The notes under the pieces are model-generated. The model was not told the origin of the DNA, did no database searches, and saw nothing but the letters and a program-made list of their open reading frames with translations. The translations under genes and the position numbers were made by a program. From assembly GCF_006345805.1 (NCBI RefSeq), contig NC_042997.1:4340001-4404000 (forward strand): a stretch of 64,000 nucleotides of DNA. The letters run 5' to 3'. Shown one piece after another: positions 38,421 to 52,067 of the stretch. The stretch is from Octopus sinensis. Lineage: Eukaryota. Within the stretch, counting starts at the first letter, position 1. The number at the start of each line of letters is the position of its first letter.

Positions 38421-39169
38421 GGTAAATAATAGAATCTACAAAAGCAACTTTCTTTTTCTTTTCTTTTCATAATAGTCATTAGAGTCAACTTCAGTTTCAC
38501 GTCTCAGTTGACTAATAAGCATAATACTTTCATTTCCCACTTTTGCTTCTAAAACTAAGGTATACTTACTTAATAATCCTTCGGAGCTCCTTCAAATTTT
38601 ACCTTCTACACTCTAATACATTTCCGCATTTGTTAGGTTCCGATTTAGCGTAGCTCTATCGAGTCTTTGTTCTTCAAACTTTCTGGATACCTGATTCTTA
38701 CGATACTTCTAAAGCATCTTGTATGCTCGAAGCACTTGAGTATATTTGCGGCCACATTCCATCTGTCAGTAATAAATTGCAGGAAAGGTTTGCTTTTGTT
38801 GTTCAAAATGCTTTGATTAAAATGTATAGGAATATAATTGATATTAGAGGCACAATCTAAATTACAGAATGGATAATTCATTTTCCTTTAGTCATTTTGT
38901 CACAATGCACTATATTAATCGAGGACAAAATTTTCGATAGGATTTGGAAATATTTCATGACGTACATTTTGCGTGTATATATAAGATATTATTGTTAAAA
39001 TTTATGTGCAATAAATTGCATACACTTCCTTAATGCACAAAACGTTTCGATTTGTTTCACAATTCCATATAATATCTAATAATAAGAATACAATATGATG
39101 TTATTATTTCATCAAATGGTTGTAGTTCTCTGGAGTAAAATGAGTATGAAAGAGATCCATATGTAAAAA

Positions 39170-39212
39170 ATAGCAACAACAGCAACAGTATTAGCAGCAG
39201 CGGCAGTACTAA

Positions 39213-39263
<51 letters not shown>

Positions 39264-39283
39264 CAGTAGTAGTAGTTGGTGTT

Positions 39284-39321
<38 letters not shown>

Positions 39322-39349
39322 GGTGGTAGTGGTAGTAGGAGTGGTGGTG

Positions 39350-39418
<69 letters not shown>
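39170..39418. repeat. (TAG)n/(TGG)n microsatellite
   Basis: Seen directly. Confidence 0.95.
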
Positions 39419-40461
39419 TACAAACTCATTTTTGAAAGTACTAGATTTCAAAATTATGAATCAGGCAGCTCAGAAATTCTCATCCTTCTATTTTCGTACA
39501 TATCTGTATATATATATATATAGTTGGAATAATCGAATACTGTTATAATCCGCAATTCTTTTTATTCAATTGTATGAGTCAATCTAGCATTTGACTAATA
39601 TTTCAGAATATACAAATCTTAATTTCCTTATTTATTGCCTCCATGACACCTAACACATGTTTCATTATGTACAGGTTTAGAAATATTTTCTTCGTCAATT
39701 GTCAGTTCCATATAATGTGTTGCCTTTTTTTTTTGTCAGGTTGAATATGCTTCCGTATTCAACCAACGACAATAAGGTTGTATTAAATTGCAGTCTGATT
39801 TTACACTAATCGTTCACGTGTAGAAATATAAATGTTTGCAGCATACATCTTTGCATGTACTGAGTAGTCAAGTGGGTAATGGAATTCTTAATTTTAAAAT
39901 TGAAAGGTTTCCAGAACTCGTTGAGTTATAGATATATATGTCATTGAAATCATTATAGCATTCAAGCATTTTCTTCGCTCCTACGCACAATCGGTTTTAT
40001 CATGTAGTCTATATAATCAGAAATCAACGTCCGGAATAGTTGCCTATTTTGTGGTTGACATAGTGGCGATACGTGCTTCGTAGTACTGTAAATTACGTGC
40101 AATATAATAGCCGTCCCGCTAGTAGAACAAATTCAGAAATAATCAGTTTCACAGTCATTAATTTCAACCAAAAATCATATGGAGTGACTGAAATCTAGCA
40201 CAAAATAATGATAGCTAGAATGCTCGTCCTATTAAAGGAGAAAAAACTTAAACCTTGAGTGAATTTATCTGTGTCTCTTCTACCGCAACTATCTTCAACG
40301 GAGATTAAGCAACGGCACAACTGACACCAAATAACAAATCTATACGTGAAATAAACAGTCGTTCTGCCATTTTATCGATTGTCTCTTTTATCGATTGTAA
40401 TTTCTTTATGCATACATACTTACATAAATACATACCCAGTCCAAACAACACCTCATGTATG

Positions 40462-40497
<36 letters not shown>

Positions 40498-43219
40498 GTG
40501 TGTGTGTGTGTGTGAGAGAGAGAGAGTGAGAGAGACAGACAGACACAGTGAAAAGTGCGTGTGCATATATGTGTGCGCGTATGTGTTTGTATTTGATAAC
40601 CTCTGACAAATATGTTCTTGGCTTGTTACCTAAAATAATAAAACAGTCCCAATTATAATTGAATAATATTTTTGTACACCCATAAGATAAAATACCTATT
40701 TAGAAATCGGATAAATAGTCTACGTAAAATATGATTTCTCTTGAACACATATTTACACTGCGTTACGATGTAATTGATACTGCTCTAAACAAATTCCATG
40801 TATATTTGAAGAGTGAGAAAATCTAATTTGAAGCACAGAAATTAGTTGCAAATGTGAATTGTTATTTACATGGATAGTGTTTACATGCACCTATGCCAGG
40901 TTTTTCCGTATGTGTTATTTTCATTACCTGATACAGTTATCTCGGTGAATAAATCGATACGAGCGCAACGAAAGGCATCCATTATTTTCCTTTGTAAGTT
41001 TATAATTACTGTAATTACTATACTGTGATTGTGAAATGATTGGTGATGATTCCAATGGAAATATACTTTCTGGATTTGTTATATTCGATTTTTATTATAT
41101 CGAACATGAACGTACGACACAATGACAAGGTTGTTAGATAAATGGAGAAGAGTTCGTATGGTTAATGTCTTCAGACAATGCTATTAGATTCATCCTGATA
41201 CTGAAGATATTACTCAATTTTGAATGCCATGAATTGACAACAAAATATGATGGTATTTTGAAATAAATTAGTTACGTAAAGTAAATGCTGCAGAAAAAGT
41301 CATATGAAATTTGCATCTTTCCAATGCCATTTTTTGTGTTGAAATAGCTTTTGATGTTTCGTCACTGCATTTTATAGTCAAAATAATATGAGAATGGAAA
41401 TTAGAAAAAATAAAACTATATTGTTTTACCACGGACTTATTCGATGTGATTAATTAATCATATCTACTTGAACTATAAAAAAAGTCTTAAAGATGCTTCA
41501 TAAGAAAAACTCAGTTCTATATTCTAACACTTTCAACGAAAATGTGTGTCCACATATACGTCTACAACTTCAGTGTACAATGCTTTATAATGTTGTGTCT
41601 CATAGGAAATGGACACTGCATCTTTTATTCAATAGACTGTATCTGTGGTTCTGTAACAAAAAAGAAAAGAAAACAACAAACTTGACAGCGTCATATAACT
41701 TCAGTAACCAAACATCCCCCAATGCATACTATATCAATGTAGAACTTTGTTGCAATATTGTGTGTTTAAAATAGTTTTACTCTCAGAGTCAAAACACGGA
41801 CTGATAAAAATAGGTAAAAACTATTAAAACTTTGTGAAAAAAATCCATCTCACACAATTCGTTGCTTATAAATACGATCTTGTACATGGAAATATGTATG
41901 TATAGAGCGACTGAGACAAAATATAATTTATTGAATACTGCAGTGATTAGACTTATATAAGTAACAATCAAAATACACAAATATTCTTCAATTTAGCGAA
42001 AGCTTTTGGGCTGGGCAATTTTCAGAAGTAAATTTTAATGAAATACAGTCATTCGTCAACTATCGCTGGTGCAACGTTCCAAACCACCCAGCGATATCTG
42101 AAACTCCGCGAAATAGAAAAAAAGTATTATACTGTATATTTTTATTTTTATTTTTATAATTTGTTTATATATATATTCCATGATAAATTCAAAACATCAC
42201 CACGAAGGTTGGACGTAGGCTTAAATAATAAACAGTGAAATGTGAACATCGATATGGCGAAGGATTACTATATTCTAAAACATCATAGAGGAACTTCAGC
42301 AGCAAGTCTTGCTATGTAATACCTATGTGGGTACATGTATGTAGGTACGTGTGTGCGTGTGTGTGAGTGTGTGTATGTGTGTGTGTTACGCGCGCTCTTA
42401 CGCGTTCGTATCCTTTCAAAATGTTCGATAGTTTCGCTAATTGCATGTATCGCCACTTTCAATTTATGGAGAGTACGATACCAGCATTACACTTCAGGTT
42501 TTATTTACTATAATATGAGATCATTTAATCTGAACACGAAATGCGGCGTTAAAATATTTACTGGGTATCTTTAACACCTGATTTTTCACACACAATTGTA
42601 CGCTGTGATTTCATGCTGCTTCCAAATAGCTTTTCGATGAAACTTTCCAAATTAATCCTGTTAGCACAATTTGCAAATACGGAAAACCACTTATCAAAGA
42701 CCTTATAAAATTATTTTCATTCGTTCGCTTGATATAGAGTTAGCTCAGGCTAAATATGATGTCACTCTATGTCTCAGTTTTTACAACAACAGCTTGATTT
42801 ATTAGTAAAATGTTAACTGTATTGGTAAGTATAAAGATTAAAGTTGTAAATGAGAAAAAATTACTTGGCATGAAGGCCTGGAAGCCGATTTAAATTAAGA
42901 AAACATTTTATTCTGAGGATTCACGCCGGTTATCAGAAGGCTAACATGATGACTGCTCTTCAATGTTCTGTAAAACGTGACATGAACAGTAGCAGCATAC
43001 ATGAAATAATGGTCAATGGGAGCTGTCACCCCAGACATTCTGCCTATTTCCGCACGCTAGAATTCATGAAACAACTGATAAACAGTGAGGTAGGATGTAT
43101 GCAAACGGCTATGCTAGGCTGCTAGAAAATATGTTCAATCACTGTCTGGAAACGGTTCCTGTTGTAATAGTATACGTGCGGCAGCAAGATTCGGCTCCTC
43201 TCCTTTCGTTCGGATGGAG

Positions 43220-43474
43220 TCAGATGTTATTGTCAGTTGTCTCTATGACTTCACCATTGGCAATTTCACGTATTGTTCCGAGTAGGGCCTGATTGAGAAA
43301 ATCATCATCCGTTCTGCTTGCAGCACAGAGTTCGAACTGGTAGCGAAGATTAAGGATGTATTCAAAGATCTTCCCAGAGATACACGGAAGAACGCATGCA
43401 CTAGTATCTAGATCCGTCTTGAGGACATGACGTCCATTGAGTATATCTATTATGAATAAACTATTATATCTCAG
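43220..43474 (-). other. 84-codon stop-free frame lacking a start codon (possible exon or retroelement gag relic)
   Basis: LRYNSLFIIDILNGRHVLKTDLDTSACVLPCISGKIFEYILNLRYQFELCAASRTDDDFLNQALLGTIREIANGEVIETTDNNI*; locally higher GC; possible acceptor TTTATTCATAATAG ending at 43447. Confidence 0.3.
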
Positions 43475-45644
43475 TCATAATCTTTCTTGATATCGTTTAA
43501 CGTTTTAAAAACTTCTAGTTTTGGATAGGATATTGTATTGTAAATATAGCTCGAACACTCTGTATTCGCAGTCTCTAGATTGTTTATCATTACGTTACAT
43601 CTCTTCAGATTGACACCTGACACATGCGAGACGGAATGTGTCAGGATTCTTCATAACAGCATATTTCTGAAACCTATTTGAACCATAGAACAAAATTTTA
43701 GAGTTACGCAAGAAAGACATTTACTATATCCTTGTACTTGTAGTTATATTTACAGCAGGTTTTACGAAGTAGCTAGGGAAGAATTATATATTTCGGAGAA
43801 TAAGTCTTACTGCAATGTGTGTGAAGATTGTGTAGCTGGTAGAAGTTACCATCTCAAGATATGTTTCCAAAATAGATGAAGATTATAATGATGTGATTGT
43901 TTCAGGTTAGACATATCAATGTTTCTCATAATGCATTGATGCTTCTACTTCTAATCTTGATGGTTCATCTACGGAGCAGGCTGCTCAGGCACTACAAACT
44001 AAAGAACAGTATATGCACCTTAAGCGCAGCAGTGTTTTGCTCGTCTGAAATGATGAGTTACAATATATGTTAACACTTTATTTATTTGTAACTTAAAACT
44101 AAAGTTTTAAAAATGATAAACGTTAAACATTAATACATTCTTATAAATGTTATCTGCAATTATAGAGTTCTAGAGAAGAAATTATCATTGGAATGTGCAT
44201 AAAGCCTTCATAATAATGGAAATACTTAGTGAAACTCGGCGATATTCTGCAATTTCTAGCAACCTAGCTGCAATAAATAATCTTAGGTATTATATCTACA
44301 ATAATCCTTCTCGATGCCATTGAAACGTTCCGTAAATTAAAACCTAATTTAAACACGTATTCCTCTTGTGTTATTCATACTTCATTGTATAAATACGTGT
44401 CTATAAGTGATTGGATGCTGACGTATGTAAGTTCGTTTGTATTGTATTTATACCTGTATACGCCAAAAACCGTGATACACATGCAAAAATGAATTTTCCA
44501 CACGCTTATACATATAGGTAGATACACACAGACACACACGCGCGCATACACACGCGCGCGCACAGACACACACATATTCTTTATTTGCTCGAAAGATCGC
44601 TTTGTTCCTTTTTTCTTCGGCGTTAAAATTCAATTAGAAAGTCAAGAAATATTTCAGTCAGCTACAAATTAGATCAGTGCTTGCTGAATTGGTGACACCT
44701 GAAAAGACAGGATGTACTTCATTATAGCAGCCAACTATTATTTATTTGTTTTGTATTTACAGATTGCTGACAATAATATAATAGCTTGTAACACACGCAC
44801 AAAAAGTATATATATAAAACAAAGAAAATACCTCCCCCACTAAATATGCAATTGATTTTCTCCCGAAATTCATTTATTTTTGTACATGAGTACAATATAT
44901 ATTGGTCTCGTATGAACAATTATAGTATAATCTTTATCTTCAGTATCATGGCATATTTATCATGTTACTCTTTCAAATCTCTCTCTATAGAAGTAAAGAA
45001 AACGTAACGGAACATTCATACAGTGATCCTTTAATTCAATGCTACAAATTACATACATAGATGTTTAACTATATCTACTATTCGCTTTCACAAATGTAAT
45101 TCTTAGAATGAATCTTTATTTATTCATTTGACACATCTTGTCTGTGTTTGGAATCTGTTTTGAAACATGCAGTGCTGTAAAATAAAATATAAATGTACTG
45201 AAATATATATTTAATACTTTTTCAATAATATTCAAGCAAAACATTTTATAACTATCTCTTGTGCTGGCATTTTAAGGTGTATATTGAATAACAACATACT
45301 CATCTTATATAGCGTATCTTTTGTACTCGGCTTTGCACACCTTTTGTATACAGTTGAAATGTAATTACGACAGGATATTTATAAATGTTAATATTAAAAA
45401 ACACTCATGTGCAATTTTGTAAACGTAACAAAAGTGGTTATATTCTTACACGCAAACACATACGCACGTATGCGAGCGCACACACACATGTATTACGTGT
45501 TTGATTTAAAATTTGGCCTTATCTTATCGGTATAGCTTGCTGAATAGCTAAGTTACGGCTACGTAAATAAAGTAAACTTGCGAAGACTTAGAGACAAACA
45601 CACACACACACAAACACACACTGATAACTATATTACTGTGAAGG

Positions 45645-45775
45645 ACTTGGACACAGATTCCGTCAAACCACATCTCTCACATGTCCCTGGACGACTCAGG
45701 GCTATAGTAGAAATGCCAAGTAGTGCAAAATAACCCGTAACCACGTTGCTGGAAAGCTAGCTTCTTAACAACAAA
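45645..45775 (-). mobile_element. Decayed SINE (family B)
   Basis: Minus strand GTTAAGAAGCTAGCTTTCC..GGTTACGGGTT..TTCTACTATAGCCC..TGTGAG..GACGGAATCTG, similar to the 9.8 kb copy. Confidence 0.55.
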
Positions 45776-47039
45776 ACCATGTCTGCGCTTTCCTCTCAAC
45801 ACCCTCCTCTTTTGTCACGACTCAATCTCCTCATGCATACATCTAGGTCTATGACATAAGCCAAACATATACGTGACACAGCCTCACATACATAAAAGTG
45901 ACCATACACAGAAACGCTGAAAACACGCAAAAATTTGTTTGCTATACACGTTATTCAACAGCAGTATATACACACAGCAACAGATATTAAGGAAACACAC
46001 ACTCATGAATTCAAACAATATTCACACAAAACACGTAATAGAGTTACACACAATAGCGTCACACTCAAATTTTATGTACACATACATATCTGTCAAAGAG
46101 AAGAAAGTTGATGCACACGCACACATCTAGCAAAGACAAGAACGCACACGCACACGCACTCACATATCGATCAAATACAAGAACGCACATGCACACACAC
46201 ACACACACTATTCTTGTAAAGTATTGGGATAGACGTCAACCCCTGTAACGTTCTTACCTTGTCCTTGGTTTTAAATGTAACTGACCAGTTGCAGAGACGG
46301 ATGGACGTTGGTCATTTCTATTGCAGACAGGTTGTCGGTCCCTAGAATCCTTCAGTAAGTACACTATTATAAAAAACTTTACGGATATGTTTCTGTAAAA
46401 ATTTTAATTAGCTCTATTTACGAAATCACAAGTACTACCACTTTTCTAGACACATTGGCAATTTGTATTATACTTCAGCACTAGTTTATTTTACTATAAG
46501 TTTTACACCCTGGTACCCCTATAAAAATAGATAGCCCACCGAATTATTTTTCTCAACGATTTGGTAGTTTACACCTTTGCCCATCGACATCATGTTTCAC
46601 ACTGCAAAATAGTATGATTTTAAACTATCAAATCTTCTTCCCTCATCTCAAGTCACTGTTCTTTCGTCTTCCCTCTTCTTTTATTTAATGTATTTCTATT
46701 CGATCTGATGAAGCTTTACGTAGTAGATCGGACGTGCTCTAAAGATGACGAATATTATTTTCGGAATTTTGTAGACGGAATTTGGTAGCCGAAACGGCCG
46801 TAAGCAATGTTGAGATTTCTATAAGATTTCTATATGTATATTTATACACAACCCCCACACGCGCACCATAAAGGTTCATCACAGGGCTATGGGTAACAAT
46901 ACAGAAAAAAGGCGTAAGGGAGTATACGAAAAGTAAACCACGTCTTTATACGGACACGCGAATACTATGAACATTTTTACCCCCTTACTTTTACTCCGTC
47001 TTCTCACTTAGCGGTCATTCAAATATCTCTTTTGTCTTA

Positions 47040-47280
47040 ATAACGCTCAATCACACAGTAATTTCACTTTGTATAACGGTCATTTTTCATAGTATTTTTC
47101 TTAAGGCCGGATAACGAAGAGATGTCCGCGTGGATTTCCACCTCAGCATCAGAAACTCTGAGTTTTATCATGGCTACCGAATAATTATCACATAGTACAT
47201 TTACAGATAACTTCCTCTATTTACATAATAATAATATCGAGGCCGCTTTCATTCTTTTGTTGTCTTGCCATTTTTATCAA
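47040..47280 (+). mobile_element. Hammerhead-bearing repeat family 2, most complete copy
   Basis: GATAA-C(-)GAAGA-GATG..CATC-A-GAAA-CTC-T-GAG-TT-TTATC (47110-47169): type-I hammerhead topology with U4 deleted. Confidence 0.75.
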
Positions 47281-47303
47281 TATATATATATATATATATA
47301 TAT

Positions 47304-47342
<39 letters not shown>

Positions 47343-47392
47343 AAAATATATATTATATATATATATATTATATATATATATATATATAATAT

Positions 47393-47602
<210 letters not shown>

Positions 47603-47617
47603 TACGGTTCTATACCA

Positions 47618-49462
47618 TTAATCAATGACATTGATGTAAGACAATGATGATGAAAATAATGAAGGTAATGACTGCACAGCAAAGAAGATTTCAAGCTCCT
47701 CAGGTGGGGCGTATACCTCACGTGTTTTAGTGGATTTCGAATGTTCCTGCAATATACTCTTTGTGGGCTTGAGAAACATTGGGATGGGAAGTTGCTGTCG
47801 TTGTATCTTCATAGTGGCGAAGAGAGATCTATATGTCTGCATGGCAACATGAACGGTGTTTTTAAATTGGAGAGACCGAGTCATCTAGGGATGTCATGAT
47901 TCCGTCTTCCCTTGCAATAGCTTGCCTTCCTTAAAAGATAAGACAGACGTTCGATAGTCAGGCCCTGTTCCTTTTCCTCTGGATCTGGTGCTTACCCCTC
48001 TTCGCTGGCGAAGATTTGTTGGAATTAACTAATACCAAAAAATCTTCGTTTGTAAATATTTCAGAGTGGGTATCGATGAGGTTGTTGACCTCATTTTGCG
48101 TGATGTCGTCAAAACCTTCGCCACCAATTACCTTTGCCAGATTCACCGCATTATTGACAGCCAGTTGCTGAATATCTTTAACTGAGAAACCCTCGTAATC
48201 CTGGACAATCTGGCCATACCTTTTTCCATCATGCGTTGAGTGATACTTTTTCATATATTTAAGAGCAGCGTGGCTGACTGACATCCACATTGCGATCGTG
48301 AAGTTACGCCAGTACTCGATTAATTTGAAATTCACTTCCGAATCCATTGCGACCACAATGTTTTGGGGAGAGGTCCGAATGTAAAGTGCCTTGAAGGTAC
48401 GGATCACGCCTGAATCCACAGGCTGAATGAAGGAGTTGGTGTTAGCAGGGGCTTGGAATTCGACTCCCTCGTCACTCAACTCCTAATAGTGACCATCAGC
48501 AGTATCCATAATAAGCGACACTTTGAATTCCATGCATACACGTAAGAGGTACGCTTTGACTAGATGGATGAAGCATTGGTAGAACGAGTTCAAAGTTAGG
48601 CTTTTGGTAATCCAGACCCTGGGGGTTGTGCATCCAGTGGACAGGCAGCAGACTGTTATTCTTATGTTTTAAGGGCCTCGACTTCGCAGACTTGTAAGTA
48701 AGTCTTGCTTTCGCCATGAAGCCAGCAGCATTGCCACGCATAATTACCCTTCTGTGCCTTAAATCCTGGTGAGTGGTCGGGCTTCGTCCTTCATGGTGTA
48801 CGTTGTGGAAGGCAACATTATCCAGAACAAGTGAATCTCGTCCATATTGAAAACTGATTCTGGCTTGTATACATTGTCCTCGATGACCTGCCTTTATGTC
48901 TCAATGTACTTCTCAGCAGCTTCTTTGTCGGCTGATGCTCTCTCTCCATGCAGCGAAGCACACTTTATTTTAAGCCGATGCTGGAAACGGCCAAACCATC
49001 CCTAGCTGGCTTTAAAAATTTCGGGCTCCAGTACTATCATTGGTCTTAGTTGCAATTCTTCGATAACTACTCCTCCGTCTCCACTGCCAAACTGCTGGTA
49101 TATTTTCTGCGCTTTCTCGCGGATGATGCTACCATTCAACGAAATGTTTTCTGTCTTGCAGTCACTGGTACACAATGACAAGGCAGATTTCATCATGTCC
49201 AAATTCTTATTTTTCACTGTCGTTATTTTTTGACACTTTCACAGAAATTTACTACTACGGTAACCTGATCGCTACCACATTCTTCTTTATGTAGCGTATC
49301 TTGCTTTGTTTGACACAATAATAGTCACCTACTGCAGCATAACTTTTACTTTCCTGGATCATATCCAGCAGTTGTACCTTCTCTTGGAGCATCATAATCT
49401 TTTCCTGGCGCTTTGGTTCACTGCCAGAAGCATTATAAATGTAGGGTGTTTGGGTGGTACCT
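47618..49462 (-). pseudogene. Tigger/pogo-family (CENP-B-like HTH + DDE) transposase pseudogene
   Basis: ORF track and adjacent frames: EKVQLLDMI, IIREKAQKIYQQF..FKAS*GWFGRF, VFNMDE, GNAAGFMAK..LLPVHWMHNP, FKVSLIMD, NTNSFIQPVDSGVIRTFKALY, RQQLPIPMFLKP; multiple frameshifts and stops. Confidence 0.95.
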
Positions 49463-49733
49463 TAAGGATTTAATAACTAGGTGTGAAAAATGACAACCCT
49501 CAACAAAACACTCGAGAAATCTACTGGATGCGGGTTTTTCCTCCAAAATCGAACATAATTAATCTACCTTGCGTCTAATATGCGCATACCACCGATGAGA
49601 GATTGACCAGAGATTAAAAGTAATCATGGTTTTGAAAATTTAGTTTGTGTTACGAGTAGAAACAGTATTCCATACAACAATAGCAACCACAACAGCAACA
49701 ACAACACCACCAACAACAACAACAACAATAATA

Positions 49734-49790
<57 letters not shown>

Positions 49791-50394
49791 TGATGATGAT
49801 AATAATAATAGCAACAACAATAATAATGAGGGTGCTGATAATTATAGGAGAGATAGATAGAAAGACAGTGAGAGAGATAGAGAGAGAGAGGGGAGTAACC
49901 TAATTTCAATGAGGTTCTATTGGTATAAAGGAAAAATTATCCTGTTCAAATATCAACGTGTATCATCAAATATGGTGAATGATTTAAAAGCAGCGCTGAC
50001 ATAAATTTAACGTTGTCTCGTGTTGTACGTGTTTTTGAACTGTCATCACTAGCCAAAGTAATACTGGTGCGATATACTGTGTGTGTGCGTGTGCATATAT
50101 ATGTATATACTAATATAAATAATATAAGTAATATAATGTGTGTGTATGTGTGTATTTGTGTGTGTCTACGCACACACACCTACTTGTTCATACAACTGTC
50201 TTCGTCTTTCGTTTTTCTATAAATTTCACCTATATATTTATAAGAGAGGTTGTTGAGAGACAAATACAGCAAGAGAGAAGGAGAGAGACAGAGAGTATGT
50301 GTGTGCGTGAAATATACATAGATGTCGCTCTACTAATTAGAGAGCTTTGACTGAATAAGAGATACAAGATGTTACAGTGTACTTATATCTAAAG

Positions 50395-50645
50395 TAATCA
50401 CGCGACGTTCGTGCTCCGCTATTTTCAATCAGAGGGAGCTTCAGATGCAAAAAGGCATCCAGTTAGCCGGCGAATGCGGTATATTATTATTAATAATTTA
50501 GCCTTAAAAAGTGTGAAAAAATATACATTGCCACGAAAGAAGTGAGAAAAAAAATCACGGACGATATTTACGATTCCGCAATGCGGTGATTTCTACGAGC
50601 AATTACTCGTTCCGCGAACGCCGATGCACGAATAAACGGGGGTTC

Positions 50646-50650
<5 letters not shown>
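50395..50650 (-). mobile_element. Probable Tigger-type 5' terminus (TIR plus subterminal region)
   Basis: Minus strand TA-(A)AGTGAACCCCCGTTTATTCG resembles pogo/Tigger CAGTGAACC.. TIRs; CpG-rich, and oriented like the 47.6-49.5 kb transposase. Confidence 0.45.
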
Positions 50651-50713
<63 letters not shown>

Positions 50714-50716
50714 GTA

Positions 50717-51086
50717 TCTCTCTATATAAACGGCAGTTGTCTGTGCGTGTTTCTGTGTGTCTGTCAGGTTGTACCCTCACCCTGACCACGGCTTTCAACC
50801 GATTCTGATGAAACTTGACACACACATAGCCCAATGTCATAATTCAAAGATAACGCAGCCAAACTTTTGAAAAGTTCCCCAGTTCTGAAACAAATCGATA
50901 AATTCGGCATGGGGTCGAGAATCAGAAACACGAACCACAAACTGTCTAGGGGACGCAACTCAACCTTTTTTAACTCTCAAAAAAAAATTTACCATCATTT
51001 TTTTGCTATTTTTTGGCTATAACTCTCTAAAAATGCTTTATAGTTATTTCCCTTACAAACCTGAGCAACGCCGGGCGATGCTGCTA

Positions 51087-51087
<1 letters not shown>
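50717..51087 (+). mobile_element. Non-autonomous Helitron
   Basis: 5' TCTCTCTATATAAA, internal GCTTTCAACCGATTCTGATGAAACTTG, 3' GC hairpin C(C/T)GAGCAACGCCGGG then CTGCTAG followed by T; sits in (TA)n. The 3' ~90 bp is shared with the 62-63 kb units. Confidence 0.85.
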
Positions 51088-51127
<40 letters not shown>

Positions 51128-51131
<4 letters not shown>

Positions 51132-51975
51132 GTTTGATCAATAAGCATTAGGACAGTTACCATAGTAACGAAGATGAAGCACGCAAAATTATGTCACTTG
51201 GCAAACATTGCTTTTGCACTCTACTGTGCATACTACGTTTAAACGTCCTACCACAATTCGACTATTTACAGCACTGTCTGGAATGAGGGTATGCCGCGTG
51301 TGATTCTCGCATTGACCATGAAAGAGAAAATTGTCATGACGATACCTGCTCAAAGGCCTACACAAAGTTGCAGAAAGCGTATGGAGAGGAGTGTATGAGC
51401 AACCCACATGTGTACGAGTTTTTCAGACGTTTCCAAAATGGCCGAAAAATGTTGATGTTGATGAACGATCTGGATGACACGCAAATAGCAGAACTGATAA
51501 AAACATCGCTGATATGCATGCGGTTGTGAGGGGATATCATCGAATCACCATCGCTGAGAAATTAGAGGATGTGCAGATTAGTTATGTTTTAGTTCAGTCC
51601 ATTATCACTGACGATTTGGGTAAGATACATGTGTCTGCCATGTATGAGCCAAAACGTCTTTCAACTGACCAAGAAGACACTCGGGTTTCAGTTACAGAAG
51701 ATCACCTTGATTATGTAGAAAACGATGAAAAATTTTGAAAAATTTGTGTAGGCTTCTGCGCAGGTACGCTAAATTTTTTTGCTAAATGTGATGCAGATTC
51801 ACTGCTCAGCTTTGTCATGTTCAATATGACGATCACATGTTCCACACCTTCCTTCCAAGCACTGCTGCAAACAGAAAAAGGTGAGCTAGAACGCTAAAAT
51901 TTAGTGCACCTTCACTCTGTGTGCTTTAGCTTTATGACTATGGTAACGATCCAGATAAATATTGATCAGACCACG
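51128..51975 (+). mobile_element. Non-autonomous mariner (long TIRs, only the N-terminal transposase retained)
   Basis: ~55-bp imperfect TIRs (GAGGTTTGATCAATA..GTTACCATAGT..AAGCAC) flanked by TA; KLQKAYGEECMS..VYEFFRRFQNGR..DERSG..HRITI..IITDDLG..VSAMYEPKRLS, then no DDD domain. Confidence 0.88.
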
Positions 51976-52050
51976 TATATATATATATAAGTAAAACTAA
52001 AAATTACAGATTATGGTTTAGAAAAGAAACTTTAAAATGCAGTATCTAAA

Positions 52051-52067
52051 TTTTGTTTCAGGTAAGT
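52051..52067 (+). other. Back-to-back acceptor/donor motif (possible recursive splice site)
   Basis: TTTTGTTTCAG|GTAAGT. Confidence 0.25.

Noticed and set aside
43785-43880. DHHC palmitoyltransferase-like YISENKSYCNVCEDCVAG..H
   Set aside because: DHHC residues are absent, a stop follows immediately and there is no supporting exon structure.
46705-46805. CTGATGA ... AGCC-GAAAC as a hammerhead
   Set aside because: The halves are ~80 nt apart and no helix I flanks both; at best a scrambled relic.
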